DNA of 63,878 bases, the filler included, from Choristocarpus tenellus KU-1152 (Eukaryota > Protista > Phaeophyceae): the NCBI GenBank assembly GCA_964200185.2. It is 13 parts of 13 records of this genome, joined end to end, with 100 filler letters (N's around TTAATTAATTAA, not from the genome) between each part and the next. Parts side by side here need not be neighbours in the genome. Positions count along the whole stretch, not along the records: positions 25,793 to 31,402 come from CAXNAD020010260.1; positions 31,503 to 38,750 come from CAXNAD020006466.1; positions 38,851 to 41,395 come from CAXNAD020026894.1; 10 more parts are not named here. One strand, given 5' to 3'. The first letter of the stretch is position 1. Each line of letters starts with the position of its first letter. Positions 26,100 to 38,918 of the stretch are shown here, one piece after another. Below the pieces are notes generated by a model. It worked only from the letters and a program-made list of their open reading frames with translations. It searched no databases and was not told the DNA's origin. The position numbers were made by a program, and so were the translations under genes.

Positions 26100-27899
26100 G
26101 GCCAGCCACATGATGGTCTTGTGGAATAGCTGGGGTTGTCCTTCAGTGGGTTCCTATTTAATTGTGCCTACTGAACCCAATATGTATTTGGGCAGTAGCT
26201 AAACTATTTTAGTCCCTATTTCACCCATGTGATGCTGATGCTTTTCAAGTTTTGTCTGTTGACTTTAGACTAAATGAGATATAATACACTCTAGCGGTTG
26301 TTGTGGAGGAAGTAGCAAGGGGTGCAATGGTGGATTATCCAAAATCAGTTCACGTTGAGTGATATTTTGTGGTTGTGTGTAGCAGTAGGACTTCATGTGT
26401 AACAAGAAAATAGCACATGTTGTGCCAGTATGAAGGAACATGATGCCTGAACCCAAACAGCGTATTGTATCCCCTAGAACGGACGATTTTTTTCATTTCT
26501 TGTACAGGTTGGGAGAGGCCATGTAACAAGATGCAGTAAATTTACAGTGATATTTTGTCTTTGATGCTTACACTTGATTGCCCAGTGGAAGCACCCCATT
26601 TATTATCGGTGACTTTTTTTCCCCTGAACGATGAAGGGAAGCCTGTTGTATAGTGGGTTTTGATGGGAGGGAATTATTGTTATTTTGTGCTTCAAGTTGT
26701 GAGTGTCCAAAGCATAAAATAGTCCCCTCTGATCATCCTGACATAAACTCTGTGCATGACACTCCTGAAAATCTTGTAGTTTTCATTGGAGCTTACGTGT
26801 TAAGTACTGATGAGTCTAGACCAATTGAGAGGTAGGCAGGTTTCGACCCTTTTGCATTTATGTGCAAATAATAGTCCACGCAAAATTGATGTCCTCCCGT
26901 CACAAACACAAAGTGACACCTCAATTCAGCAAATACTCTTTCTGCAATTGTACAATATTACAACTATATACCCTTTCTCGGGATCCTTAGAACGCAACCC
27001 TACCTACATCTTGGTTCGAGTCTGATATTATTCAGTGACATGGCAAGGGAATTGTGTGACTGAGGCATCTGACCTCTTTGAATTTTCACTGATCGCTTAT
27101 CACATCATTCTTTCCTTCATGTTGCTAATAATATTTGCTCCATGCAACAATCATCCTTCTAAATCACTACAACAGAAGTATTTTGACTGAACAGACAAGA
27201 TGTTACTATTTGAGTATGGACATTCACAAAAAGGTTATCTATGTGAAAGGTGGGGGGCACAAAACAGTCCGTCTTTCTGTGTTGCAGATAATTGAGAGTT
27301 CTATTATTCATGCATTGGTTGGGCTTCCTACACAATATGTACAGTACACCTCATAGTAGCATTTGAGTTGCTTGAAAACATCTGTGCGACAAAATGTTTG
27401 TGGGTTGTTTTAAGTCGCTCAAATATCACGACCATCACTCTGCACATAGATTACTTTCAAACTGCCTGGATGTTGTGACCACTGTGTACACGTGGTACAT
27501 GTACTCGATCTGGACAGCCGAAACAATGAACATGCATCTGACTACGGTGGCATTCGATGTGGAGCACCTTCTGAGATATTATAGTGACAACATAGGGGTA
27601 TGGTACAATCAAAGATGTAAGGTTGTGGCTACGCTGATCCTTGACTACCTGGTAGCAAGCTTTTCCCATGTCTGCTGTCATTGAATGAATGCTATTTTGT
27701 TGGAGCCATGGATATTGGAACATTTTCAATGCTGATAGTTGATTACTGAAACACCCTTGAAGCACAAGGAAAACTATGCTGGTTTGAGACTCTGATACTT
27801 AAAGGCTTACAGTCCACAGGTTTTGTGGATGTTTGGCTTTGTAGAGTGAACCACTTAACACAATGCAGAATAGAAACATGTATGGAGATTTCCACAATT

Positions 27900-28600
27900 A
27901 TGGGGAGGTGTTCCCATTGGTTGAGGCCCAGAAAAACATCCTTCTGTCCACTAAAGAGTCAAGAATATATATCACAACCTGCCACATGTTTTTGAGTACA
28001 ACCCTGTGCCCTTGAAGGTAGAGAAATGATTTGATGAATTGTTCAATTTGAACACTTGCTCGACACCAGTAATCCCTATAACAGATGCTCCCTGCATGCC
28101 AGTTCTTGCATTGCCATATATGTATAATAAGCACACAATCTGTGAGATGGACTCGAGATGCAATCAAAACACTATGTTTTATAATGTGCTCCTGAAGGGG
28201 AAGAGGTGTATGACTGAAAAATGGAACACAAACATGTAGGAAGCAAAGCAGAAGAGGATCACAACATGGGAGGAATTGCATTTGTTTGGGGTTTAACACT
28301 ATGGCAGTCAAAATACTAAGTACAAAAAGGGTCATAACCCAGTAAGTGCAAGATGAGGGACTCCAGACATTATTCGGATAGGACAAAACATTGAACCTTC
28401 TTCCTGTTATACCACTAGACAACCTCACCCTTCCAGAGAAAATACAAACATCGTTGGTAACTAGTAGTAGCTCACACCAGTGTACCCAGCGCCCTCTTTT
28501 ATTACAAGTAAGTACCAATTTTGCTAAGTTTTTTCTTGTTCAAGTCCTTCAGTAGTAGAGAACACAGTCTCTCTCGGCCAGCTGGTCATCTGCCTTAAAA
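27900..28600 (-). mobile_element. Possible decayed Mutator/MULE transposase
   Basis: LLCFLHV (CxxH-like) followed downstream by WASTNGN (TNN-like). Heavily disrupted. Confidence 0.25.
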
Positions 28601-28630
28601 TCCAAGTAGGCATGCCAACAAGACTCATCT

Positions 28631-31402
28631 TTACATTCCCTCTGGATCAGAAAAAGCCACGTCATAGACATCTTGATAAGCACTGGCAAAGTGCACCTGC
28701 CAAGCACATCAGAATAACCAGATGACGAGATTGTGGAAAATCGACAGAGAGGGTGTTGACTGTGATTTCATTCAGGATTCATAATAACATGGTGATGGCT
28801 CAGAACTCCTTTTCCATATGTGAATTCTAGACAAAAAGGTATTACTGATAAATATTTCACCAAGGTTTGACATCACAGCTGAATCCTGGCCTCTTCAGTA
28901 ATCATCCAAATTCTGCTGAAGTCAGTCAAATGCAGTAGCATGCTGATCACCAAACAGACACCCCCCATCAGCAGCAGAGTTGATGAGATAGTTGAGGTTG
29001 TGTATTTCTGAAACGAGTGAATTCTGGCCATATCCCCCCCCCTCCCCCATTTCCTATCATTTTTGGACGTTTTTTCTAACCTCGAGACCTTTCTTCAGGT
29101 AGTCCGCGAGCTCATCAAAGTCCCTCTTATTTCCCTTGGGAAACACTAAACAGCTTACACCCGCACGCCGGGCAGCAATAGTCTTTTCCTTAATTCCTCC
29201 TACTGGTAACACCTGGGTCATCAGTGAGTTGGTGCATCCACAAAAAAGTGTGACATGGAAGAGAGAACAATTCCCATGGGTGAAGAAGGTGAATAGTCAA
29301 ATGTCAAGGGATAGGAGGCGAGAAGGTGAGGGTGTCTACTCTAAAAAAAAAGTTTGTTCTGTGCTGCAAGTAAGGGGATTCTGTAGTAACTACTCTACAC
29401 CAACAAGATGGGGTAGTGTGGACTGGGGAGCATTTTATATCTTTTTCAAAAAAAGGGGCTGACATTCTCCACCTCTTGCCTCCCCAAGCATTAGTGTACC
29501 AATTGGTGCTGTAAGATCCTGTTCATAGCATCAGTGAGATATATCAGCATGAAAACACTGGTGCACTCAACACAGAGCAATAGTACATTTTTAATTCATC
29601 AATAATGCAGCTAGCTTTGGGGTCTGGAAGAAAAAGGACTATTCATCATACATACTACATACTCCATAAATGATGGCAGAAAAAACTCACGACCTGCTCC
29701 ATATCTACATAATCAATGGAGTAGTCTCTGTCTCTGTCTCTGTCTCCGTCTCCAATCCCAACCCCTAGCCCCTCCCAGAAACCTTCATCATGCTACAAGG
29801 AACCTCGACATTGTCCTCCACCTTCTCTTTTCCCACTGTGCACACTTTCTCCCTGTCGGCAAGTAGCCTTTCCTCAAGCCCTACTACCTATACCCTCATG
29901 TCCCACATCCCCTCCCTACACACACTTCACACCCCTGCACTTGTCTCCAACTGCAACCACGCCATTACACACCTTTCCTGTCAGCGACAGCTCCCCAGTC
30001 ATAGCTATGTCCTGCCTCACCGGACTGCCCATGGCCAGAGAAAGCAGTGACGTCACCATCGTCACACCTGCAGACGGACCATCTTTTGGTGTTGCCCCCT
30101 CTGGCACATGCATATGCACCTCTGAACTGTCAAAAAAGGAACGGTCCGGTATGTTCTCCAAACGACCCAGGATCTGACGCGCCACAGAGTAAGCTATCTG
30201 GAGATTTGAAATGAGAAGAAAAAAGAAGAAGAAAATCTATCAGACAGAGGGGGGGGTACCAGAGGTCATCAGGAAAACAAATTCTACCGGTGTGAAGTGG
30301 CATAATAGGCTGTTCGGTTGGTGCAAACGCGGAATTATGCAATATTTCCTACCCCCCAGAAAGTCACTATTATTACTACTTTTATAAACTTGGGATGGAT
30401 CCTATGAAACAGTTCTGGCACCACTTTCTGTGTTAGATGGTATCAAAAAGGATTGGAAAGACTACTAGAATGAGTGTGTGAAATCTACTCAATAAGTGAA
30501 CTAAAGCAGGGATATGAAGTGAGTGAATTATTAAACCCATCGACAGGGAGATGGTATAATTTGTCCTTGAGGGTGGGGGATGGGGGAGTAAAGGTAGGCA
30601 ATGTTGGGGAGCCAGATATGGAAGGATTGCTCTGACATATCTGTTTTGGGACAAGTAAATATTGAAAAGTACACATTATAATACTATCAACACCAGACCG
30701 GGCTCCAAGCTCGAGTAGGAAGGTTAAGGTAAGAGAGATATGGGGGAGAGATATAGGGGAGTGGTCAGTCAAATATGGAACGGATGAGTAGGATAGACAG
30801 TGCTTACGCATTTCAGCAAAGTTGAGCTGGGGGACCAAAAAAGTCTTGTACTCAACGGGTGAGCCCTCTCTCAATCACATTCTTTAGGAGAGACACGCTA
30901 CCAACTTATCACCCACTCTTAGTAATCTGCGTTCAGCAATAACAAACTGTAAGATCAATTACCTAAATTTCATAATGAAACAGTGACAGCAAACACACCT
31001 ACCCTCGTCTCTTCTGTGCCATCTTGCACTTGGTTATGGTCACTAATATACCTTATTCCCTGACTCTCACATGAGATGTACTCGGACAATGCCCTACAGA
31101 CCAGAAAACAACACAGTGTACAGTTACAGCTCATGCACACAAGGTTAGAACACCACAAATAATATGCATCACAGAAAAAAATTCAACAAAAGAACCTCAC
31201 CTGCACCAAAATAACACCATGATAGACACATCTGACTGAAAAACAAACATGGAGATGATGATAATATAAAAACCGTCCAATAAGAAGAATATGTCAATCT
31301 GAATCCATGCTCATACTGTGAGTACCTCTGAGCTCTCCTCCATTACAGATCCCAGCTGCCCTGTTGTCTTTATCCTCCCCCCCCCTCCCCCCCGCCTCTT
31401 CC
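28631..31402 (-). CDS. LON: Lon protease (probably mitochondrial type), C-terminal proteolytic domain, four exons
   Basis: Exons >31402-31326 ([14 protein letters not shown]), 30197-29973 ([17 protein letters not shown]...[11 protein letters not shown]), 29212-29081 ([18 protein letters not shown]) and 28696-28631 ([21 protein letters not shown]). The Ser-Lys dyad motifs are intact. There is no PTS1 tripeptide. Confidence 0.95.
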
Positions 31403-32007
31403 NNNNNNNNNNNNNNNNNNNNNNNNNNNNNNNNNNNNNNNNNNNNTTAATTAATTAANNNNNNNNNNNNNNNNNNNNNNNNNNNNNNNNNNNNNNNNNN
31501 NNCATGTACAGGTTACTACCCCTTACACATAATTTTTATCATTGTGTTATATTTTTAAATGCCCTTGAGTTGGACATATGATTCAGTGTTGTGGTACATT
31601 ACACCTGGCTACTCTGCATTAGTGGTAACAGCTCTTCCTGTCTTTGAGGCGTTCAATGACCCCCATATATCACCAATCTTCATCTGAAAGATTCTTCATT
31701 TTACTAGTTTCCATTATATACTGAGATAAATATAAAATGCCTACTCACATCTGATCTTCCAATGTCACTCGTTCTTAAAGTATACCTTCCCATTTTTGCA
31801 GTCACTCTTGTAAACTATACCCCACACAATGAGATATTTCATCTTCTTGATGGCATTTTAGAGCTATATTCTTGTCCCAAAAACTTAGTCGCACTCACTG
31901 GAGAAGCACAGACTGACAGTTCTCCTATCTGCGCGCTTGGAATGTTATATTTTTATTTTCTCATGGTGAGATGACTCTATCGTTGCCATTTCCTACTCTG
32001 TCTCCAG

Positions 32008-35000
32008 TTAGGCAAACATCGTGCTGTTGATGACATGGATGCTGAGATGGGTGGTTCTAGAGGAGCACTACAATTGCGCAAGGTATGGCCAAGCAGGCAT
32101 AACCACAACAAAACACCTTGGAGGTTGCTTTTGAGCTTGTTATTGCACTGCCTCTCAAGTCAGGTTCTGCTATGCCACCGAATAAATCTATCTTGAACCG
32201 CTGATGGAGTCATTGTATAATCTGTTGAAGTACATTTGAGTTGCATGGTGGGAGTGCACTATGATGCTCCCACACACAGGTGCAGCAATATGTATATATA
32301 TATATATGTTGTAGACCTCAGGGTCAAAGACCAATGCACTAGCTGGCTTAGTACTTCATGTACAGTAGCAAGTCCCAAGCAAAATCAGGATGATACGTAA
32401 AACCTGATATCTTGATGTTGGCTGCTCCAACCTCGGAGAAGTTGCACGAGTTGGTGGACAAGTTGAGGGAGAGATTGACAACTGCGGAGGCTCAGTTGGA
32501 GACAGTGCGGAGCGAGAACCAACAACTTCGGGTGGAAAAGGTATAGTAAAAAACTTTAACCCCAAGAAGATATGTGGCAACGCACTCATTGATTGCAAGT
32601 GTCTGTTGAGACATGGAGTGTTTGACTATGGGAAGAGGTGGAAGGCGTTTGGTTGCTGATGGTGTCAGTAGATATGTAACACAAGCACAAAATTTAGTGT
32701 AGATTGTATATACCTTTCAAGTAAGCAGACGAATTTCCCATGGACTCTGTGTGGAGAGTTACCATTCCTTCAGTAATTTGGACTGTTTCATCTTGTCTTC
32801 ATTGCGCAGGGTGAATCAAACCACCTGGGCATATACCAAGATAAATGTTAAAACCTGGATTCTCGTGCTTGTACGCATGATCTACTTTGACACACTGAAT
32901 ATACTGTAGTAGAGAAGAGATGATGATCAGTGTGGGACCAGCACATATCAATCCAGATCAACACCTTGTACGAAAGCTCAGTAATGATTTTTTCATGGTA
33001 TCAAACAACATTGTTTAACTGCCAAGTAAGAAATATCTCTCCTTTCAACCTGCCAAGGTTGCACCTCATCCAAACGGCTAGTTCTCAGCATTGGAAGCAA
33101 TGTTGAACATAACTGGAATTTATGTATGATTACAACATTTTCAAAGATGAATACATCTGGTTGGTGCCCAACAAACCAATCGGAGCAAGCTCTAGCAGCA
33201 AGCCTTGCTGCACAGAGGGAACGCCCGGGCAGGGACCAGGATGAGATTGAGCGACTCCACCGTGAGCTGAGGGAGGCTCAGGTGCACTTTCAAGGGTGTG
33301 AAGGGATAGAGTGTCATCGAATTTCTACACAGCTTCCCAATAGATGAACCCTTATACCCATTGTCACCTGCATAACCTTTCAGACCGGGGAAGGTGGCCT
33401 CGATGACAGTTTTATCTCGACAAGATTGATCCAAAGTATCCTTGGTGGAGGGGGATTTTTGTTGTTTCGGTGTTTGGGGGCAAAGGCATGTGATCCCTGA
33501 CATCCCATTTTCGTGACCCAAATTCAGATAAACCTCCATCGGGAGTCTGTAGACGTAGGAGATCAGACCTTGTGAATGCATGTTTTGTCATTGGATTGGA
33601 GGATGTGATGTAGGGATATAAATATGCAAATCAAGAACAGTTGAAAAAACTCCTTAACAACAAGGGGCACCCCTGTCCAGGAACCTTCAACCCTCTTAAT
33701 GTTATGAGGATGTGGTTTAGGACGGGTTTCGGGATGCAACATTCCTTGTATGTAGCTTGCTTACAGCACTTGCCCTACTGCAATAATTTTGAATAGCCAA
33801 TAAACTCCAAACCAAATAGAGGCAGAGAGAACAAGGAAACCATGCGGATTTTCTTGTGGATAGCTGATGGAGCCATTTAAAGATGTCTTGACTCAATGCT
33901 TGTCAAGAGGACTGATATTTCTCTCTGTGATAGGAAAATGGGTGTGGAGGTCTCTAGTAGATGCCTCGATTCTGATGTAGTCAATGAATATCGCATAACG
34001 AATGTGTTCTCCCCCTCCTCTAAATCCGAAAAGTGTATTTCTTTTTACAACTTTGCCTGATTACTGTTCGTTGCAGTATCAATGTTGTGCTTTTCAATAG
34101 TCTACTCAACACCTCCTCATCCATTTCTACCCTCAACTAAAGGCCAAGGCACAACTCATCCTATCCCGTTTTGAGAATCTTGAGGCGAGAACACTTGCTC
34201 AGGCTGACTTGCATGAGGGCAGTGTGGACCGTCTCCAAGAGACCAATCGCCAGGTGAGGTGACTATGACCTTTGAGCAACGCTTATCCATCTTTGTTGCT
34301 GCAGTTTACTGTGCTTGCATCTTGCTTAACTTCATAACTTGGTATGGTCTAATGCTACTAACCAATCACCAGGGCTGGGAGTCTGTTGATTTAGAAGAAA
34401 AGACCCTGTGGTTGAATATTTTGTCATTGGATTGGAAGATATAGGGATGTCAAGATGCGACTCACAATACAGTTTCTCAACAACAGCACGTCCCTCCTCT
34501 AGGATACTTTGGCTCTGAGAATGAGTGAAAGTATGTTAGGGTTAGGGTACGAGTTTTGCCCTGTTTGTCCGTTTGGGGCTTGGCTTCCCACGGGATTGTT
34601 ATGGCATTTTCCTACTCCGAAATGTTTTGGAGTAAGCAAATTGTATATGTTATAAATAGGTATGCCCAGAACAAGGATATTGACACTTCCTAACAAACAC
34701 GATAGCCAAAATTACATCAAAATCGCAACATTGGATTTTGGCCCCCAAACGGAGGCGGCTCTACCCTCTAAGATACTTTGGCTCTAAGATCAGCATAGTG
34801 GTCTAGTTTGATGAGTAGGCGAAAATGATGTTAAGGTAAAGCTTGAGATTTAAAGGAGTTGAGTTAGGGAATCTCCAGGGTGAGGTGTTGGGATATGACT
34901 TGTCTTTGACTTGCCTAGAACACGATAATGCGCATCTTTAAACAACAGCAGGGAGTACTTAGAGCATTTACTGCTTTGGAATGTCGAGGCGTAGTGGGAA

Positions 35001-38000
35001 TCCAAGGCAACAAGTACTTAGGCAACGAATCCAACAAAATCATGGTTTTGAAGAATCACGTGACTGGGGATTCCAGCAAGGCCTGATCCCAAGCCATGTG
35101 TACAGTAGGAAGACAACATGGACAAGAATAATGGAAAAGGGCGATAGTATCCACTAGATACGGAATCCTTCTCTCTCTCCTCACGAATGTTCCCCCCATT
35201 CAGTTGTTGTGCCTACCTGTTGGTATGTAAGTAAATGCATATACTCCTTGTACTGTAATGTCTTTCAGCTTCGAGATCTTAGGAGGGAGCTGCAAGACAT
35301 CCAACATGAGAGAGATGTGGCAGAGGCTAAGGGAGCCAGGGCTGATGAATTGGAGGAGACTGTACTGGAGCTGAGGAAGCACAGCAGGGCAATAGAGGAA
35401 GAGGCACGTTGGTGTTGCATTGGTAGACATGGCAGATGAGGTTTCAGAATTGGAGTGATGTAGTTTAGGGGCTCTGGAGCTGTTTGTAGTCAGACGAGGA
35501 CTGGTGTTGGGAGATTTCTCATTCCTCTGTGATTGAGGTCTTGCTTTGGGAGTGGAGATGGGAATCGGCAGACACGACTTGGTATGGTCAAGGATACCTT
35601 GAAAATAGGGAAGGAGGACGAGTTGCTAGGCTACAGGGGGGCAATGGACAGGGACAGCAGAGAAGGGAATGAGAACAGTTTGGTGCAAAAAGGAAAAGCG
35701 ATATGTAAGCGGTCAGTTTTTAAAGGAGATCTCGATAGTCTGGCAAAATGTTCACCAAATCAGAGAGTAGTTTACCGTAGGATCCCTCCTCATTTGCAAT
35801 CACAAGGACACTCAAGACTAGGGGTCTGAATCACTTACTCTCCTCTTTGCACACGAATTCTCAATCCATTACAAAACCGCGAAGGAACTGAAACAACAAC
35901 TACACTTTCTCACTCCTCATTTAGCCAAAGTATACGAGAGGTACCCAATTTTTGGCCGTTTTTGCACTTTTTCAGTTTTTCAATATTTTTCATTTTACCC
36001 GTATTCCTATGGATAAGGCGCTAAGTTTGACTCGAGAGGGTTGATTTCTGTGTTGTGGGAAATATTTTTGACACAAGTCGGAAAATATCCAATGTATAAT
36101 TGTATAAAAAGAGTCGAATTTTGGACGTATTTGGCAGCACCCTCGAAAAGGAACTCCGGTCCGGGTACATCTTGACTACTTTGACTCATTCTCTAATGAA
36201 GAATTGGTTCAATGGGAACTACGCTCTTCAAATTGGCTGGAATCAGATGACCCGGTTGTGTGAGAGTCCATTCATCTCACATGCCTTCAGGGACCAGGAG
36301 CAGGTGAAGCGGATGCAGGAACTTGAGCTGGGTGATCGCGCCGCACGTCTAAAGATAGAGCATCTCCAGGTGCGAGCATGGGTAGCCTGGACAGGTGACA
36401 AGGAAAAGAGGAATGTGATACAGGCGATGTGAATTGCAGTGGATACTTACCTCCAGGAAATATGTGTTCCTTGAAATTTTCTTGCATGGGTGTATATGAT
36501 GCAACCGTAAAGGAAGATATATGGATTTCGTCAGATTTTTCTCAGATTGTTCCCTTTGTCGGGATGTGGACTGCAGTATGTTTATTTTTCAATGCAGAAC
36601 CTTGTCCCACTGCTATTTGGAACAGGAAACCGCCCAGACCCACCACGCAGCTCTATTGGCTCTCAAGAAGCAGACTGTTAAACTGCAGGAGGACAAGAAC
36701 AGGGCCGAGAGGGCACTCCAAGAGATGCGCATATGCAACAATGAAACTGAGGCAGGGGCACAAGTAAGATATTGTAATTCCTATACTGACTCCGTTCCAT
36801 ATTATCTGAATCTTGCAAATCCTAGGCAACTCATCCTACTCATCCTACTCATCCTACTCATCCTACTCATCCTACTCCACCCACCCATCCACGCATATAC
36901 CTATCAGCCCATCAGCTATCATTTTGTCCATATACTATCAAAAAGAATCGCTGCAAAATTTGTGTCTTGCCTCAGACCCTCCCTTCTCTACATGACTTGC
37001 CTTTGGGACTGGAATCTAGGTCCTTGCAGACAAGATGAGGTTATATGGAGGGGATGAGGATGTGGACATGGAGGAACTGGAGAGGGCTCTCACCATAGTT
37101 CGGCGACGAATGACTGATCCCACCAATTTCTCAGGATTCTTGGAAAACCCTGAGGTTAGAATATGACACACACTCAGCAATTTTCACCTTGAATTCAAAC
37201 ACCTCGCTTCTTTCCCCCTCCTTGGGATAATTCCTCGTCACAGTTTTTCCTTTTGAGCTCCCTGCACAAAATTTCACTAATAGATACAAAAATCCCTCCC
37301 CACCTCATAGTTCACCTATCTTTCTTACCCAGCTTGGTGAATTTTCCCCTTGAACCCATTCTCTACCCAAATCGTGATGCCACCATTCAAAGCCAGCTCA
37401 AAACCACACCTCTAAGCCTTGGTCATTTTTTTTTTTGCGTAACAGAGTGGTTATACAAGTACCCCTACTTAGGGAGCCAAAGTATCTTAGAGGGTAGTGC
37501 TTCGTCCGTTCGGGGGCCAAAATCCAATGATTCAATTTTGACATAATTTTGGCTATCGTGTTTGTTAGGAAGTATCAATATCCTTGTTCTGGACACATCT
37601 TTTCATCCCTACTCCAGGCTCAAAGTATCTGGGGGGGGATGGCGGCTGTCCATTTGGGGTCAATTTTTTCATATTGCGATTTTCGGGTGATTTGGTTGCA
37701 TACATCACATGGATAATGTAAGTGTACTTTTCGTGGTCATGGCCCAAATGGACACTCTGGTGTAGCCCCCCCCCCCCCCTCCAGATACTTGAGTCTCCAA
37801 AACTTACACATTTCACCTGCTCCGAAATATTTTGAAGTAGGTAAAATGTCATTAAAAAACCCATGGGAAGCCATGCCCCAAACAGACAAACAGGGCAAAA
37901 CTCGTATCCTCTAAGATTCTTTCACTCAGCCCCTCTGCATGATGTATTGCCCCAATTGATGGCTCTTCCTCAGGATGAGGAACTGGATAATATTCATGCA

Positions 38001-38087
38001 CTTAGGCGGAAACTGCAGCAAGTGCAGGTGTCCAACCTAAACATCACAAGGGAATTGGAGAGGGCTGAGCGCATGCTCAAGGCTCAG
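32008..38087 (+). CDS. RPGRIP1L: RPGRIP1L/fantom-like ciliary transition-zone coiled-coil protein, internal exons
   Basis: Phase-0 exons 32008-32082, ~32442-32540, 33147-33281, 34143-34253, 35269-35403, 36247-36369, 36626-36763, 37020-37154 and 37974-38087. Segments AIEEEMTRLCESPF, EELERALTIVRRR...SGFLE and LQQVQVSNLNITRELERAERMLKAQ parallel the RPGRIP1L pre-C2 coiled coil (ELSEALLLIK...LSFL; ELEKTRNMLIMQ). Confidence 0.75.
34523..34784 (+). mobile_element. MITE family A copy with telomeric units in its left TIR
   Basis: GAGTGAAAGTATGTTAGGGTTAGGGTAC ... TACCCTCTAAGATACTTTGGCTC. An orphan right TIR ends at 34515. Confidence 0.9.
35922..36187 (+). mobile_element. MITE family C, full-length copy
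   Basis: TAGCCAAAGTATACGAGAGGTACCC ... GGGTACATCTTGACTACTTTGACTC. ATT on both flanks. Confidence 0.88.
36829..36877 (+). repeat. (ACTCATCCT)n 9-bp tandem repeat, about 5.5 copies
   Basis: Directly visible in an RPGRIP1L intron. Confidence 0.9.
37474..37927 (-). mobile_element. MITE family A copy carrying a nested family B element
   Basis: GAGCCAAAGTATCTTAGAGGGTA ... TATCCTCTAAGATTCTTTCACTC. Flanks AGG/AGC. Interrupted at 37617-37795. Confidence 0.9.
37617..37795 (+). mobile_element. MITE family B, full-length nested copy (179 bp)
   Basis: TIRs GGCTCAAAGTATCTG(G)n / (C)nTCCAGATACTTGAGTC. TCCA on both flanks. Confidence 0.9.
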
Positions 38088-38572
38088 GTAAGTTTGGGCT
38101 TCCCCATACCAAAAGTTGACAGATTGCCATTTTCTCTGCCTTGGGGACTAGTTGTCGGTGCTTGGGTGCCTTGAGGGCATGGGTCCATGATTTCCGAGCC
38201 CCCTTGCCCCCCCCCCCAAAGCATACAAAAGCACATGCACACGTAGCTGGCACTGACATCAACATACACAGGCTAGTACTCTCAAAGCATATATTAATAT
38301 CTGCACCCATACAAAACATATACTCTGAAGTAGTTTGAAGGAGACGAAAAAGCAAATGATGGAAAGATGGACATTCAGACAGATAGGTAGGGACAGACAA
38401 ATGTGGAAATCTATATGCACCCGGTGCACCTAAGAACACCATGACAATGGGATATAGTGTTTCATCCTTTTTTTTAATCTTTGGCAATAATGGGATATTG
38501 AAGGATGTAAGAGTGTTGCAGTGAAGTCTGTTAAACCTGACCAAATTAATTGACATGGGATGTGGTTGCCAA

Positions 38573-38750
38573 GGCTCAGCATGTCTGGGGGGGGTGGCGG
38601 CTGCCTATTCAGGGTTCATTTTTTATATAACGCGGTTTTTGTGTGATTTGGTTGCATGCGTCGGATGGATACTGTAAGTGCACTATTCCTGGCTAGGGCC
38701 CGAATGGATACCCTGGTGTAGACCCCCCCCCCCCCCCAGATACTTTGAGC
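38573..38750 (+). mobile_element. MITE family B copy
   Basis: Colinear with 37617-37795. Ends (C)nAGATACTTTGAGC at the gap. Confidence 0.85.
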
Positions 38751-38850
38751 NNNNNNNNNNNNNNNNNNNNNNNNNNNNNNNNNNNNNNNNNNNNTTAATT
38801 AATTAANNNNNNNNNNNNNNNNNNNNNNNNNNNNNNNNNNNNNNNNNNNN

Positions 38851-38918
38851 CCCGTGGGATGTCAAGCCCCAAATGGACAAACAGGACAAAATTCGTACCC
38901 TCTAAGATACTTTGGCTC
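38851..38918 (-). mobile_element. MITE family A end, truncated at gap
   Basis: AAGCCCCAAATGGACAAACAGGACAAAATTCGTACCCTCTAAGATACTTTGGCTC. Confidence 0.85.
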
